From Minisyncoccia bacterium (GTDB taxonomy: Bacteria > Patescibacteriota > Minisyncoccia > Phycocordibacterales > UBA9973), in contig JBDHUP010000002.1 in the NCBI GenBank assembly GCA_039809245.1, positions 11,188 through 75,187 on the forward strand: a stretch of DNA of 64,000 bases. The letters run 5' to 3'. Made by a program: the position numbers and the translations under genes. Under the pieces are notes generated by a model. The model searched no databases. It was not told where the DNA came from and saw nothing but the letters and a program-made list of their open reading frames with translations. Shown here piece by piece: positions 47,199-57,688 of this stretch. Every line of letters starts with the position of its first letter. Position 1 is the first letter of the stretch.

Positions 47199-48206
47199 CT
47201 ATATATTAAACAATGGTCTAATAATACCAATTCCAGCAAGTCCTCCCAATAGGGAGAATATTCCAAGCCCAACAACAACCACTCCTGCGACTTTAAAGAA
47301 TAGTGGGGCAAATTTTGAATGCGCTAGTGATGCTGATCCAAATGAAAGTAAGGCAAGTACTGGGAAAGTCCCTAGAGCAAAGGCAAACATTATCAAAGCT
47401 CCAGTTAAAAATGACCCACTTGAAAGTGCTGCGATCTGCATAGATTGAGTAAAACCACATGGTAAGAAGAAAGTTCCAAATCCAATTAGAAGTGGTGTCA
47501 GAGTTTTATGTTCAATTTTCCTAAAAAATTTAAAAATTCCAGACGGTAGTGTGATTTTACTCTTGGCAAAAATCCCCATCAAATTGAGACCGAGTAGAAG
47601 CATAACAGTAGCTGCTATTAGTCCGAGTATTGCACCAAGAGTAAAGCTAATACCTATAGCACTCCCAAGCATCCCTAGTAATCCTCCAAGAATTGCAAAA
47701 CTTACAATTCTTCCTACATGGAATAATACAAGATTCTTTTTATCATCTATATTATCTTGTGATACTTTTGCAGACAAAGAAAGTATTAATCCCCCAACAA
47801 TTGCAAGACATGAGGAAACTGATGCTATAAGTCCGATAATAAAACTAGTAATAGGTGTGGTCTTACCGCCAATACCGAAATTCAGAAAACCTGACTTCTG
47901 TAAAAGGAAAAATAGTACCAAGAAAACAAGACCTAGTGGTATAGCTTTCCAAATGACATCATCCCCTTTCTTTTCTTGAGTTACCTTTTCTAATGAAAGG
48001 GAGTAGCCGTTTGGTTTTATTTTGCTTGTGAGTATCTCTGTTAATTCTTGAGGACTCACGTCACTATCAGTCTCTACTTCTACTGTTTCACTTTTTAAAT
48101 TTACTTGTGCATTTATGATCAAATCTTGCTCGTTTAAGATATCCTCAATCAAGATTTTGCATGACGCACAATGAGTACCCGACACATGGAATTTATATTT
48201 ATTCAT
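47199..48206 (-). CDS. HMA domain plus DsbD_2/TauE-like membrane protein
   Basis: GTHCASC, SSCLAIVGG, FLPCGFTQ. Confidence 0.88.
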   Translation of the reverse strand: MNKYKFHVSGTHCASCKILIEDILNEQDLIINAQVNLKSETVEVETDSDVSPQELTEILTSKIKPNGYSLSLEKVTQEKKGDDVIWKAIPLGLVFLVLFFLLQKSGFLNFGIGGKTTPITSFIIGLIASVSSCLAIVGGLILSLSAKVSQDNIDDKKNLVLFHVGRIVSFAILGGLLGMLGSAIGISFTLGAILGLIAATVMLLLGLNLMGIFAKSKITLPSGIFKFFRKIEHKTLTPLLIGFGTFFLPCGFTQSMQIAALSSGSFLTGALIMFAFALGTFPVLALLSFGSASLAHSKFAPLFFKVAGVVVVGLGIFSLLGGLAGIGIIRPLFNI

Positions 48207-48208
48207 AT

Positions 48209-50533
48209 TTATAATCTTTTAGTTTTAATCCTCAGTGAGTTCGACACTACTGAGACACTTGATAATGCCATTGCCATACCTGCAAATACAGGATTAAGTA
48301 ACCATCCAAAAATAGGATAGAATACTCCTGCTGCAAGTGGGATACCTATGATATTGTAAAAGAATGCCCAGAAAAGATTCTGCTTTATACCCGTCATTGT
48401 TATCTTTGAAAGCTTAATAGCTTTTGAGAGTTTAGAGATATCGCCACCGAGTAGTGTAATCCCTGCTGACTCTATCGCTACATCAGTTCCTGTACCCATA
48501 GCAATACCTACATCAGCTTGGGCAAGCGCTGGAGCATCATTAACCCCATCTCCAGCCATAGCCACAATCCTACCTTCCTTTTGTAGTTCTTTGATTTTCA
48601 TAAGCTTATCTTGAGGCAAGACATGAGCAACAACTTCATCTATCCCAACAAGAGAAGCCATATACTTTGCAGCCCTTTCATCATCTCCAGTGAGCATTAT
48701 TACTTTTATACCAAGCTTGTGTAGATTTACTATTGCTTGTTTTGATTCAGGCTTTATCTCATCGGCAATCATTACAAAACCTAGAACTTTATCTTTCGTA
48801 GAAAGTATAACAGGGGTCTTACCTTCTGATGTAAACTGCTCTATCTTTGACGTATCAAACTTAATGCTTAAATCTTTAACTAACTGAGCATTCCCAGCAT
48901 AGTATTCTGTATTTTTGATTACACCTGTAATACCTTTACCTTCAATATTATTAAAGAGAGCTACATCATTTATTGCGATATCCTTTTCTTTCGCATAGTT
49001 AGTTATCGCGTGAGCTATCGGATGCTCTGATTTACTTTCAAGCGAAGCTAGAAGTGATATGAGTTCATTATCTTTTAAGTCAGATAGATTTTCTATATTC
49101 ATGAGCGTTGGTTTACCTAGAGTTATTGTCCCTGTCTTGTCTACAATGACTGTATCTACTTTATGCAGCTTCTCGAGTGTGGCTGCATCTTTAATTAGAA
49201 TTCCTTCGCGAGCTCCTTTACCAACTCCAACGATAACTGCAGTCGGAGTTGCAAGTCCAAGTGCGCATGGACAAGCAATTACCAAAACCCCAACAAAAGA
49301 AACTAGTCCAAAAGATAGAGCTTGAGATAGTCCAAGTGGACCGATACCAAACGCAAGCCACGCTCCTAGAGTTAGAAATGCAATAACGATTACAATTGGA
49401 ACAAAGACACTTGAAATCCTATCAGCTAGTGCTTGTATTGGAGCCTTTGATCCTTGGGCTTCTTCTACCATTGTTATAATCTGCGCGAGCAGTGTCTCTG
49501 ACCCTACTTTTGTAGCCGAGAATATGAACGATCCTGTAGTGTTTATAGTTCCAGATACTACAGTATCACCTATTTTCTTTTCTACTGGCATTGGTTCACC
49601 AGTAACCATAGACTCATCAATAAATGAGGCACCCTTAGTAATCACTCCATCGACAGGAATTTTTGTTCCTGGTTTTACGACAATTAAATCTCCATGGACA
49701 ACTTCATTTATAGAAACTTCCACTTCCTTACCATTGCGTATGACCAGTGCTGTTTTAGCTTGAAGGGTTAGGAGCTTCTCTATCGCATCCCCCGTTTTCA
49801 CTTTTGAGCGAGCTTCTAGATATTTACCTAAAGCAATAAAAGTAATAACAACAATAGTCACATCGTAATATGTGTGATCTACATTTATAAAAGGTTTCAA
49901 GACATCTTCAAATGCGGTAACGGCGAAACTATATAAAAAAGCAGAGACAGTTCCTATTCCGATAAGTGTATCCATGTTCGCTTTACCATATCGAAGGAAA
50001 CGATAGAACCCCATAAGATACGGCCTACCAACTACGAATAACATATATGTCGCAAAAATTGGTAAGAGATGGTGAAAAAGTTCTTTCAATGTATAGCTCA
50101 TCATAGGAACAGCTTTGTATTGAGCTAAAATATCCCAAGTCATCACGAAAATACTGAAAATAGCTAGTGGAATAGCCGACAGGACTTTAGATTTCATATC
50201 TTTTATCTCTTCAAGCTTTTCTTTCTTTGATTGATTGAGGTCTAAGTGCTCGGCGTGTTCATTCTCGCTCATACCCATTTCTTTCGCACTCATATTATGA
50301 TTACTGTGATCCACAGGCTCGGGAACTACTAAACTATAACCAAGTGGTTCTAATTTCTTATTGAAAGACTCTGGATTAGTTTTAGTTCTATCAAAAGTTA
50401 TCTTGGCATTCTCAGTACCATTGTTCACAGATACCTCTTCTACCCCATCAATCTTCTTGACGGTTCTCTCGATAATGCTTGCACATGATGCGCAATGCAT
50501 TCCTTTTATTTTGTATATCTGTGGTTTGTTCAT
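48209..50533 (-). CDS. copA: Copper-translocating P1B-type ATPase
   Basis: [28 protein letters not shown] and MALSS motifs. Confidence 0.95.
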   Translation of the reverse strand: MNKPQIYKIKGMHCASCASIIERTVKKIDGVEEVSVNNGTENAKITFDRTKTNPESFNKKLEPLGYSLVVPEPVDHSNHNMSAKEMGMSENEHAEHLDLNQSKKEKLEEIKDMKSKVLSAIPLAIFSIFVMTWDILAQYKAVPMMSYTLKELFHHLLPIFATYMLFVVGRPYLMGFYRFLRYGKANMDTLIGIGTVSAFLYSFAVTAFEDVLKPFINVDHTYYDVTIVVITFIALGKYLEARSKVKTGDAIEKLLTLQAKTALVIRNGKEVEVSINEVVHGDLIVVKPGTKIPVDGVITKGASFIDESMVTGEPMPVEKKIGDTVVSGTINTTGSFIFSATKVGSETLLAQIITMVEEAQGSKAPIQALADRISSVFVPIVIVIAFLTLGAWLAFGIGPLGLSQALSFGLVSFVGVLVIACPCALGLATPTAVIVGVGKGAREGILIKDAATLEKLHKVDTVIVDKTGTITLGKPTLMNIENLSDLKDNELISLLASLESKSEHPIAHAITNYAKEKDIAINDVALFNNIEGKGITGVIKNTEYYAGNAQLVKDLSIKFDTSKIEQFTSEGKTPVILSTKDKVLGFVMIADEIKPESKQAIVNLHKLGIKVIMLTGDDERAAKYMASLVGIDEVVAHVLPQDKLMKIKELQKEGRIVAMAGDGVNDAPALAQADVGIAMGTGTDVAIESAGITLLGGDISKLSKAIKLSKITMTGIKQNLFWAFFYNIIGIPLAAGVFYPIFGWLLNPVFAGMAMALSSVSVVSNSLRIKTKRL

Positions 50534-50535
50534 AA

Positions 50536-50799
50536 TTACTTCCTCTTTAGTTTGTAAACTTTCAGTATTTCAGTTGTAGCTTTACCTGTCTCACCTTTCT
50601 TAATCTGGTTTACTACACAGTGACTTAGGTGACCCTCCATAAGCATATCCTCGACATTTGAGAGACCTTGCTTAATAGCAGACGTTTGAGTGATGACATC
50701 AATACAGTAAGTATCATTCTCTATAAGCTTTTGAAGCCCACGAACCTGCCCTTCTAAAATTTTTAATCTTCTTATCATTTTTTGTTTATTTGTATGCAT
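50536..50799 (-). CDS. csoR: CsoR/RcnR family metal-sensing repressor
   Basis: [22 protein letters not shown]; start taken as ATG 50799. Confidence 0.9.
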   Translation of the reverse strand: MHTNKQKMIRRLKILEGQVRGLQKLIENDTYCIDVITQTSAIKQGLSNVEDMLMEGHLSHCVVNQIKKGETGKATTEILKVYKLKRK

Positions 50800-50802
50800 A
50801 AA

Positions 50803-50835
50803 ACAAGTATACCCCCTAGGGGGTATACTTGTCAA
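50803..50835 (-). promoter_or_regulatory. CsoR operator overlapping the csoR-copA promoter
   Basis: Perfect 30-bp palindrome ACAAGTATACCCCCTAGGGGGTATACTTGT (50803-50832) with C/G tracts, spanning TTGACA and TATACT on the minus strand. Confidence 0.85.
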
Positions 50836-50843
50836 CTAGTGAA

Positions 50844-51461
50844 TTACTTCTTCTTTTTATATTCCACCAAACTGCCGGCTTCTATCTCGATAGGGTCGGC
50901 TTTTCTGAAGTATTTTTCTACACCTTTCGGATAGGCATCTTCGTGAGGAGAGTCATCGAGCGCTGCCCCTATCGCCCATAGATCTTTGTCTGATATAATC
51001 CAGTCTTTCCCAAACTTTTTTAAATCAAATGGCTTTGAGAAGCTCTGTAATGTTTTCACTCCATCGCTGTTTGTGAAGTATTCATGGAAGTACGACATCG
51101 CAAGCTCGCGGACACTCTTGTAGACTGGTTCGCGATAGCGGAGTACAGCGTGGTTCGTCTTTGATATTGCTCCCCATCGGCCACCTTCTTTAAATAGAGT
51201 TACGACGTGATCGAAGTCACTTTTGGCACTTTTTAGATCGAGCAACAGTGGCTTCCTCTTGTGAAACCAAAGTATTGCTGCTGCAAGATAGGCTCCTTCG
51301 AGGCAGTGAGCAGTGCCACGCGCGAGAGTTACGCGTGGAGAGGAACAAGTCTCCCCTTTTTCTTCAAAGTTAGCGGGTAGAGTATTTAGAAAGTCTTGAA
51401 TCTTGGATGGAGTATCTAGCTTTTTAAAAATTACTATTTCTTTTTCATTTAGTCCGAACAC
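50844..51461 (-). CDS. Hypothetical protein, transglutaminase-like
   Basis: AHCLEGA, DHVV, WGAISKTNH. Confidence 0.65.
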   Translation of the reverse strand: MFGLNEKEIVIFKKLDTPSKIQDFLNTLPANFEEKGETCSSPRVTLARGTAHCLEGAYLAAAILWFHKRKPLLLDLKSAKSDFDHVVTLFKEGGRWGAISKTNHAVLRYREPVYKSVRELAMSYFHEYFTNSDGVKTLQSFSKPFDLKKFGKDWIISDKDLWAIGAALDDSPHEDAYPKGVEKYFRKADPIEIEAGSLVEYKKKK

Positions 51462-51490
51462 CTATAAATTATATCACTTTATTCTAAATT

Positions 51491-52153
51491 TTAATTTTTA
51501 TATAAATCTAAAAGTGATTCTTTTGATAAAAGAGCAATTTTTGGTGGTTGAGATAAATATTTAATAGTTATAAATTTTGATATCATATCTTTTACTCGAT
51601 TCCTTTGTTTATTATTAGAATTAACATCCCATTTATTTTTATCATCATTATCAATTTCAAAAATTTCAATACCTAGACTTTTTGCAATATCAGTTTTATT
51701 AGCAAGTACAGAGTATGCAGTAAAATAATCAATTTTACTTAATTCTCCTGTAGGATTCTCTCTTATTTGTTTAGCTATATCTTCAAAATCAGAACGAGTC
51801 TCTTTTTCTAATTTATCTTGTAAATCAGAAAATAATTTCTTTAGTATTTCATATTGTTTCTCTTTTGATTTAAAAATATCTTCATCATACTTAGAAAGCT
51901 CATCTTTAACAAATCTCTCTGAGATACTCCCAAATCCATCAATATGCATTAAACTAACATTGAATTCTTTTGCGCCATCTTTCTTCATTAGATAGTCATA
52001 TAATTCAGGATGAGCTTTTTCAAATTCTACTGATTTTGGTCTTTCTTTACTATTTCTATCAAATTTTTCAACAGTAACTACATCTCCCATATATAGCCAT
52101 GTATGCTCTTCTTGTTTTTTTGATATTAAATTTTTTATTGATTCCATTCCCAT
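51491..52153 (-). CDS. Hypothetical protein
   Basis: Long AT-rich ORF, no recognised motif; start uncertain. Confidence 0.55.
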   Translation of the reverse strand: MGMESIKNLISKKQEEHTWLYMGDVVTVEKFDRNSKERPKSVEFEKAHPELYDYLMKKDGAKEFNVSLMHIDGFGSISERFVKDELSKYDEDIFKSKEKQYEILKKLFSDLQDKLEKETRSDFEDIAKQIRENPTGELSKIDYFTAYSVLANKTDIAKSLGIEIFEIDNDDKNKWDVNSNNKQRNRVKDMISKFITIKYLSQPPKIALLSKESLLDLYKN

Positions 52154-52173
52154 ACAGTTATAGTATATCAAAC

Positions 52174-52638
52174 TTATAAATTTATTTTTCTATACACCTC
52201 TGAAAGCAAGTTGTGAATATAGTGGATTATTACTGCAAGCCAAATAGTACCAGCCCACAGAGTAACGATTGATGCTATTGGACCGAATATTAGCCCAGCG
52301 TATAGAACTTGATGAATAGTTTCTCTCTTTGTTTGCCACTTGGAGTTCTTAAAATGCCATAGTCCAAACAGGACAGACGAAATAATAATAGATAAAATTG
52401 GATTCAAAAATAGGAATAATCCAAATAATATAAATCCTCTGAATATTATTTCTTCATAAAGACTAGATAGGAATGTAGAGACTCGCCACGGGTAGCGACC
52501 GTAGGTTTTACCAGTTTCCTTATATTCTTTCCTTTGAGTGATAACTGCAAGAGTAATAAGTCCACAAATAATAATTATCTGTATAAAAGGAGTAAGAAAT
52601 CCTATTTGTTTAAAACTTAGTACTTCTAGATAAGTCAT
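52174..52638 (-). CDS. CPBP/Abi family intramembrane metalloprotease
   Basis: EEIIFRG, FGLWH, HYIHN. Confidence 0.9.
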   Translation of the reverse strand: MTYLEVLSFKQIGFLTPFIQIIIICGLITLAVITQRKEYKETGKTYGRYPWRVSTFLSSLYEEIIFRGFILFGLFLFLNPILSIIISSVLFGLWHFKNSKWQTKRETIHQVLYAGLIFGPIASIVTLWAGTIWLAVIIHYIHNLLSEVYRKINL

Positions 52639-52648
52639 TGCTTTACTG

Positions 52649-52720
52649 TGATCCCGGTAGGAATCGAACCTACATCATAACTTCCGCAAAGTTACGTCCT
52701 ATCCATTGAACGACGGGATC
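52649..52720 (-). tRNA. tRNA-Arg (GCG)
   Basis: GATCCCGTCGTTCAATGGATAGGAC, TAACT-TT-GCG-GA-AGTTA, GGTTCGATTCC. Confidence 0.92.
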
Positions 52721-52821
52721 ATATAACGTTTTAAATCTACAACATTAACGACATATTCGCAAGTAAATAAAAAACACTCGCTAAATACATAGCGAGTGTC
52801 AAATAAGTTAAAAGAACAAAA

Positions 52822-53865
52822 CTAATCCCTAAATATCACAATGGTACCCTTAGGAATTTTGTTTCCGTCTACATCATCTCCAGTAAAAACTTTACCATCA
52901 GGAAAGCGATAGAAGGTTGATGCTAGATTGTAGTCTTTCCCTACAATACTATAGGCGGTTCGGTCTTTATCGACCTTACCACCATAAACATAACCAACTA
53001 AAACTTTTGTCCCTAAAGGTAATGAATTCAACTCATTCTTAGTGAGCTGCTTACCAGTTAATATTCTGCCGTCAGAAAAGAAATATATAGTAGATTTACT
53101 ATCATAATCTTCTCCAGCGATTGAATATACACCTTTAGATGTTATAGTCCGGAATCCTTCAAAATCATCATCCGCCCCTTCCTTCTTTTCTTCTTTTGGC
53201 TCAACAGGTTCATCTTTTTCAACGACCTCTTGTTTACCATATAGAATTTTAAAAAGGTATGGGTCAGCATTTGTAAGACGTTTTGCTTTTACATCAGGAT
53301 CAGTGGAAAAAGTATTACCTAATCCCAACTGCTTCCTTACGTAAGATGTTGCGAACAACATCCCACAACGCTTACGACCACGATGATTTTTGGAATACCA
53401 TTCGTTCGGCACATCATAGGCAATCATTGAGTGGGTCATCACCTGCTTGTCAGCCAAATGATAGCTCTTCTTTAGAGAGAAAATTAATTTCTTTAAAGAA
53501 GATATCTGTTTGACTGTCGGCTTTCTATTGTGATAACCAACCACTTCGATACCTATGGAAGTATTAGAGAGGTTTGTTCTTCCACTCCACATACTTCTCC
53601 CAGCGTGCTTTGCAATTTTGTTTGTACTAATAACAGTGTAGATTACACCATTAGTAGTGACTAAAAAATTGCATGTACCTTGTTTTACTACCGCATTTAG
53701 CGAGGAAGTGTTACTTCCTTCTGTAGTATGCAGGACAATCATGCTGGTTTTTGTTCTTTTCGGACGCTTTTTATCCCACTTACTAAGTTTATTTACATAA
53801 ACTTGAGCATTTGAATATAAAAAGCAAACTAGCAGTAGCACTGCGAGGCATACAACTTTTTTCAT
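52822..53865 (-). CDS. Secreted N-acetylmuramoyl-L-alanine amidase (Amidase_2)
   Basis: Signal peptide, IVLHTTEG, AKHAG.SMW, SIGIEVVG, VMTHS; duplicated C-terminal YSI.G.DY module. Confidence 0.85.
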   Translation of the reverse strand: MKKVVCLAVLLLVCFLYSNAQVYVNKLSKWDKKRPKRTKTSMIVLHTTEGSNTSSLNAVVKQGTCNFLVTTNGVIYTVISTNKIAKHAGRSMWSGRTNLSNTSIGIEVVGYHNRKPTVKQISSLKKLIFSLKKSYHLADKQVMTHSMIAYDVPNEWYSKNHRGRKRCGMLFATSYVRKQLGLGNTFSTDPDVKAKRLTNADPYLFKILYGKQEVVEKDEPVEPKEEKKEGADDDFEGFRTITSKGVYSIAGEDYDSKSTIYFFSDGRILTGKQLTKNELNSLPLGTKVLVGYVYGGKVDKDRTAYSIVGKDYNLASTFYRFPDGKVFTGDDVDGNKIPKGTIVIFRD

Positions 53866-53939
53866 ATTGCTGGTTTTAGGTTTTTAAAGAAATTACCTTG
53901 TATTATACACCAAAAAACCTTAAATGTCAAGTAGATATA

Positions 53940-54206
53940 TTACTTCCCTTCGGCCCAATCTCTGATTTCTTTGAGAGTGACTTCGCCACAGAGAGTCTTC
54001 CCTGTTTCTTGATTTAGAAAGAATGGCACTCCACCACAAGGTTCTGCTTCGCAGTCGAGCTTCTCACAAAGTGCATTATTCTTCTTATTGTGCCAGATTT
54101 CTAATTTTTCTATTTTGATTCCTTCTTTAGTTAGCTTATCGATGAATTTCTCCATTCGGATACAATGCGGACATTCAAGTCCATAGAAGAATAGTAAGTT
54201 TTCCAT
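53940..54206 (-). CDS. Small thioredoxin/glutaredoxin-like protein
   Basis: FYGLECPHC, CGGVPFF; start taken as ATG 54206. Confidence 0.85.
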   Translation of the reverse strand: MENLLFFYGLECPHCIRMEKFIDKLTKEGIKIEKLEIWHNKKNNALCEKLDCEAEPCGGVPFFLNQETGKTLCGEVTLKEIRDWAEGK

Positions 54207-54264
54207 ACGAGCATTATATATGAGTGAGTATAAAAAACAAAACCGCCATCTGGCGGTCTGTTCT

Positions 54265-54519
54265 CTACTTTGTGATTTTAGATAGTCTAGCTTTCTTGCG
54301 AGATGCAGTATTCTGCTTGAATACTCCTTTCTTTGTCGCCTTGTCGATAGCTTTGTAAGCAGTAGGAAGAAGTTTCTTTGCATCGGCATTCTTCTTTGCT
54401 TTTACTAGCTTTTCGATATCTTTGATTGCTTCTTTGACAGCTTTTTTATTGCGATCATTAGCAGCTTTCTTAACTAGAGATCCACGTAGTGCTTTTTTTG
54501 CTGATTTTGTAATTGGCAT
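54265..54519 (-). CDS. rpsT: 30S ribosomal protein S20
   Basis: MPITKSAKKALR...IDKATKKGVFKQNTASRKKARL. Confidence 0.96.
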   Translation of the reverse strand: MPITKSAKKALRGSLVKKAANDRNKKAVKEAIKDIEKLVKAKKNADAKKLLPTAYKAIDKATKKGVFKQNTASRKKARLSKITK

Positions 54520-54644
54520 ATTTTTATAAGTTATTAGTATTCTCTTCACCGAGACACGGATAAAAGTGAATATGTGTATACTACCAGAAAACATATATAA
54601 AGTAAACGTTCTGCAAAATCGTGAAAACTTAGTATAATAGGACT

Positions 54645-55223
54645 ATGATTGCCCACATAAAAGGAACCATAATTCATAAATCCGACAAATTCCTAGTCGT
54701 CGATGTTGCTGGCGTGGGCTACAAGGTCTTCGTCGCCCCAGACTCTCTCCTATCTTTAGATGAAGGCAGTATCGTCTCCCTATGGACATATATGGCCGTC
54801 AGAGAGACTGCTCTTGATCTATATGGATTCACTACCAAGGAAGAGATGGACTTCTTCGAGCTCTTGCTCGATGTCTCTGGTATTGGTCCGAAGTCTGCGC
54901 TCTCTATACTCTCAGTCGCATCTATCAATACTCTGAAGAAAGCCATCGCCACTGGCGACACTAGCTACTTAAACAAGGTCTCTGGTATCGGCAAGAAAAC
55001 TGCCGAGAAGATAGTCGTCGAACTTCGTGATAAACTCCAAGCTCATAAAGGTGAAGATGGAGAGAGTAACGGCCTCCGCGATGAAAGCGATATAGTTGAA
55101 GCTCTCAAGTCTCTCGGCTACTCACAAAACGAAGCTCGTGATGCTCTCAAGAAAGTAGACGAAAAGACAGAGGGCACCAACGCCCGCATTAAAGAAGCTC
55201 TCAAAATACTAGGAGGAAAGTAG
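54645..55223 (+). CDS. ruvA: Holliday junction branch migration protein RuvA
   Basis: MIAHIKG, GVGY, LYGF, SGIGPKSAL, GIGKKTAEKIVVELRDK. Confidence 0.96.
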   Translation: MIAHIKGTIIHKSDKFLVVDVAGVGYKVFVAPDSLLSLDEGSIVSLWTYMAVRETALDLYGFTTKEEMDFFELLLDVSGIGPKSALSILSVASINTLKKAIATGDTSYLNKVSGIGKKTAEKIVVELRDKLQAHKGEDGESNGLRDESDIVEALKSLGYSQNEARDALKKVDEKTEGTNARIKEALKILGGK

Positions 55224-55224
55224 C

Positions 55225-56151
55225 ATGCCTGAATTACCAGAAGTTACAACAACAGTAAAAGGATTGCAGAGAGTTCTTCCGAAGAACACTATTGTCGATG
55301 TCTGGACTGACCTTGCCAAGAAGAATCCGATAAAGCAGTTCCGAGAAACAATAAAGAATGAAGTCTTCTTCAAGAAATTTAAAAATACAGTCAAAGGCAC
55401 AAAGGTTATAAACGTCGAGCGCCGAGCGAAGAACATACTGATAAACCTCGCCAATAAAGAGACCGTCCTCATCCATCTGAAGATGACCGGACATATTATC
55501 TACGGTAAGTATGTCTATAATAAGAAGGAGAATAAGTGGACTCCAGCTAAAGACGAACGCGAAGCTCTGCATGATCCATTCAACCGATTCATCCACGTCG
55601 TCTTCTCTCTTTCAAATGGCAAGCAGTTCGTACTTTGTGATTCTAGAAAGTTCGGCAAGGTTACGATTATGCCGACCGCAACCGCTCATGAGACAGTTCA
55701 CTTAAGCGGTATAGGACCTGAGCCACTCGATAAGAGCTTCACACTGGTGAAGTTCAAAGATAGATTACTAAGTAAACCAAACGGCAATATTAAGACAGTT
55801 CTGATGGACCAGTCAGTCATCGCTGGCATCGGTAATATTTATTCTGATGAGATGCTCTGGCTTGCCGGCGTCCACCCAGAATCCAAGCCAGCTAAACTTC
55901 CAAAGAAAGAGCTCGAGTTACTTTATAAAGGGATGCAGAGTGTGCTTAAGAGTGGTATTGATTTTGGTGGTGACTCGATGTCCGACTATCGCGATATCGA
56001 TGGCAAGCGTGGCAACTTCCAGAACCATCACAATGTCTATAAAAAGAAGAATGAACTTTGTGGGAAGAAAGGCTGTAAGGGTGTTATAATGAGGAAAGTT
56101 ATCAATGGTCGCAGCGCTCACTACTGTAGTGTGCACCAAAAATTATTCTAA
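55225..56151 (+). CDS. mutM: Formamidopyrimidine-DNA glycosylase
   Basis: MPELPEV, HLKMTG, GIGNIYSDE, C-terminal Zn finger. Confidence 0.96.
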   Translation: MPELPEVTTTVKGLQRVLPKNTIVDVWTDLAKKNPIKQFRETIKNEVFFKKFKNTVKGTKVINVERRAKNILINLANKETVLIHLKMTGHIIYGKYVYNKKENKWTPAKDEREALHDPFNRFIHVVFSLSNGKQFVLCDSRKFGKVTIMPTATAHETVHLSGIGPEPLDKSFTLVKFKDRLLSKPNGNIKTVLMDQSVIAGIGNIYSDEMLWLAGVHPESKPAKLPKKELELLYKGMQSVLKSGIDFGGDSMSDYRDIDGKRGNFQNHHNVYKKKNELCGKKGCKGVIMRKVINGRSAHYCSVHQKLF

Positions 56152-56157
56152 AATATT

Positions 56158-56355
56158 ATGATGAAAAAAATAAAAACAAATGGCGGAGAAATGGATTTCC
56201 TAATTATGATTCTACTTTTCCTAGTAGTTATATTTATTATCTGGGTGCTAACTGGTGGTCAGAATAATGCGAGTAAAGATAAGCCTTTCATCACTCCTGG
56301 TAATGACCAGAGTGCTCCTCTACAAGTCTACGGTCCAGGTGAGAAGCCAAACTAA
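56158..56355 (+). CDS. Small hypothetical membrane protein
   Basis: TM segment followed by TGG and KPFI. Confidence 0.55.
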   Translation: MMKKIKTNGGEMDFLIMILLFLVVIFIIWVLTGGQNNASKDKPFITPGNDQSAPLQVYGPGEKPN

Positions 56356-56828
56356 GGCTTAAGTATTCTAAATAGTGCGACCCCTGTCGCCACAGAGACG
56401 TTCAGAGACTCTTTCTTCCCATACATTGGGATCTCTATTATCGTATCGCAAATACCGAGCACCTTCTTATCGAGGCCTGTGACTTCTGGTCCGACTATTA
56501 TGGCAACCTTCTTTGGAGTTTTTACTTTCCGATAGTCGACTGACTTCTTATCTTGCTCAAGAGCTATGATGTGGTAGCCATCTTTCTTTAGAGATTTGAT
56601 GAGTGGTACGAGTTCTTCTTGGTATTCCCAAGGAACCCAAGTCTCAGCTCCAAGTGCACTCTTGGCAATATCTTTCTGGACTCGGCCGAACTTATCCGTC
56701 GGTCGCGGAGTATACCCTACTAAGTAGACCTTATCTACCCCGACAGCATCCGCCGTCCGAAACATCGCCCCGACATTAATAGCCGAACGAATATCAGGGA
56801 GGATTAAAATTGAAGAATTCTTTTTCAT
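56352..56828 (-). CDS. TrmH/SpoU family RNA methyltransferase
   Basis: NVGAMFRTAD, GPEVTG, IPMYGKKESLNVSVA. Confidence 0.93.
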   Translation of the reverse strand: MKKNSSILILPDIRSAINVGAMFRTADAVGVDKVYLVGYTPRPTDKFGRVQKDIAKSALGAETWVPWEYQEELVPLIKSLKKDGYHIIALEQDKKSVDYRKVKTPKKVAIIVGPEVTGLDKKVLGICDTIIEIPMYGKKESLNVSVATGVALFRILKP

Positions 56829-56835
56829 TTAAAAA

Positions 56836-57267
56836 TTATTTTTTATGTAAAATAAAAAATGGAATTTCATCAATGCCTATATAATTAAACATTTTATAAT
56901 TTGCGCGTCTAGCTTTTTCTGATAGCTGATGCATTTTTAAATTAATTTTTGGAATAAAAGGATAAAACCTAATTTCTTGATGACTACCTTCTTTGTCTTT
57001 CCATTTAAAATTTGTAATTAAAGGTGGAACCATATAGCCAGATTTCATAACTTTTGAAATTACATCCCATCCAGCTCCAAAAATTACAGGTTTGGGTTTT
57101 GAATTATTTGTCTTTACTTGAGCACGAAAAAGGCAACCTGTGCATTGTATATCATATAAAGGATAGTTCTTAGGAAGTACCATGAGACTTTTACCACAAT
57201 TAGGACATGGTATAAGTTTCACTACTTCAATCTCTCCTATATCTCCTGATTCTTGGCTTTTAGACAT
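56836..57267 (-). CDS. DpnI/Dam-replacing-like PD-(D/E)xK domain protein, catalytic domain only
   Basis: SQESGDIGE, CPNCG, NYPLYDIQCTGC...QVK, GAGW; recognised by motif resemblance only. Confidence 0.65.
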   Translation of the reverse strand: MSKSQESGDIGEIEVVKLIPCPNCGKSLMVLPKNYPLYDIQCTGCLFRAQVKTNNSKPKPVIFGAGWDVISKVMKSGYMVPPLITNFKWKDKEGSHQEIRFYPFIPKINLKMHQLSEKARRANYKMFNYIGIDEIPFFILHKK

Positions 57268-57359
57268 GAAGTCATTAGATCATTTTTATATATTAGATGC
57301 AAGAAACAAGAATTGGTTTTGTTGATTTTAACGCTTAAATATGGTATTTTTGTTTAATC

Positions 57360-57432
57360 GCCCTCGTAGCTCAGTCGGTAGAGCAGCTCCCTTTTAAGGA
57401 GATGGTCGTAGGTTCGATTCCTACCGAGGGCA
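57360..57432 (+). tRNA. tRNA-Lys (TTT)
   Basis: GCCCTCGTAGCTCAGTCGGTAGAGC, CTCC-CT-TTT-AA-GGAG, GGTTCGATTCC. Confidence 0.94.
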
Positions 57433-57634
57433 CATTAAGTTATCCACATATCGTTTGATTTATGCACATACTGTGGTGTATAATGTATGCAAGGTAGTTT
57501 ACATAAGACTTTTACATTCACCCCAATGATAGAGGGTTCATATTTAGGAAGATTTTATGTAGATGGGATAGTTAGTGTGATTTGTGTTAAATATTAAGTA
57601 ACGCAATTGCAACCAGTTCTTTATCTAAAAGCTC

Positions 57635-57688
57635 AAAAGGCTTAGGAGCCTGTTCTCGAGAGATCGAGGCTAGACTCCTAAGCCTTTT
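57635..57688. terminator. Long hairpin / terminator
   Basis: AAAAGGCTTAGGAG...CTCCTAAGCCTTTT. Confidence 0.7.

Noticed and set aside
46786-50835. Copper operon as a novel system
   Set aside because: csoR-copA-HMA/DsbD_2-cupredoxin with a C/G-tract operator is a known arrangement.
54207-54389. N-terminal extension of the thioredoxin-like ORF
   Set aside because: Overlaps rpsT in another frame; the real start is 54206.
57440-57480. oriC
   Set aside because: Only one perfect and one near DnaA box, with no dnaA or dnaN nearby; another isolated box lies at 12033-12041.
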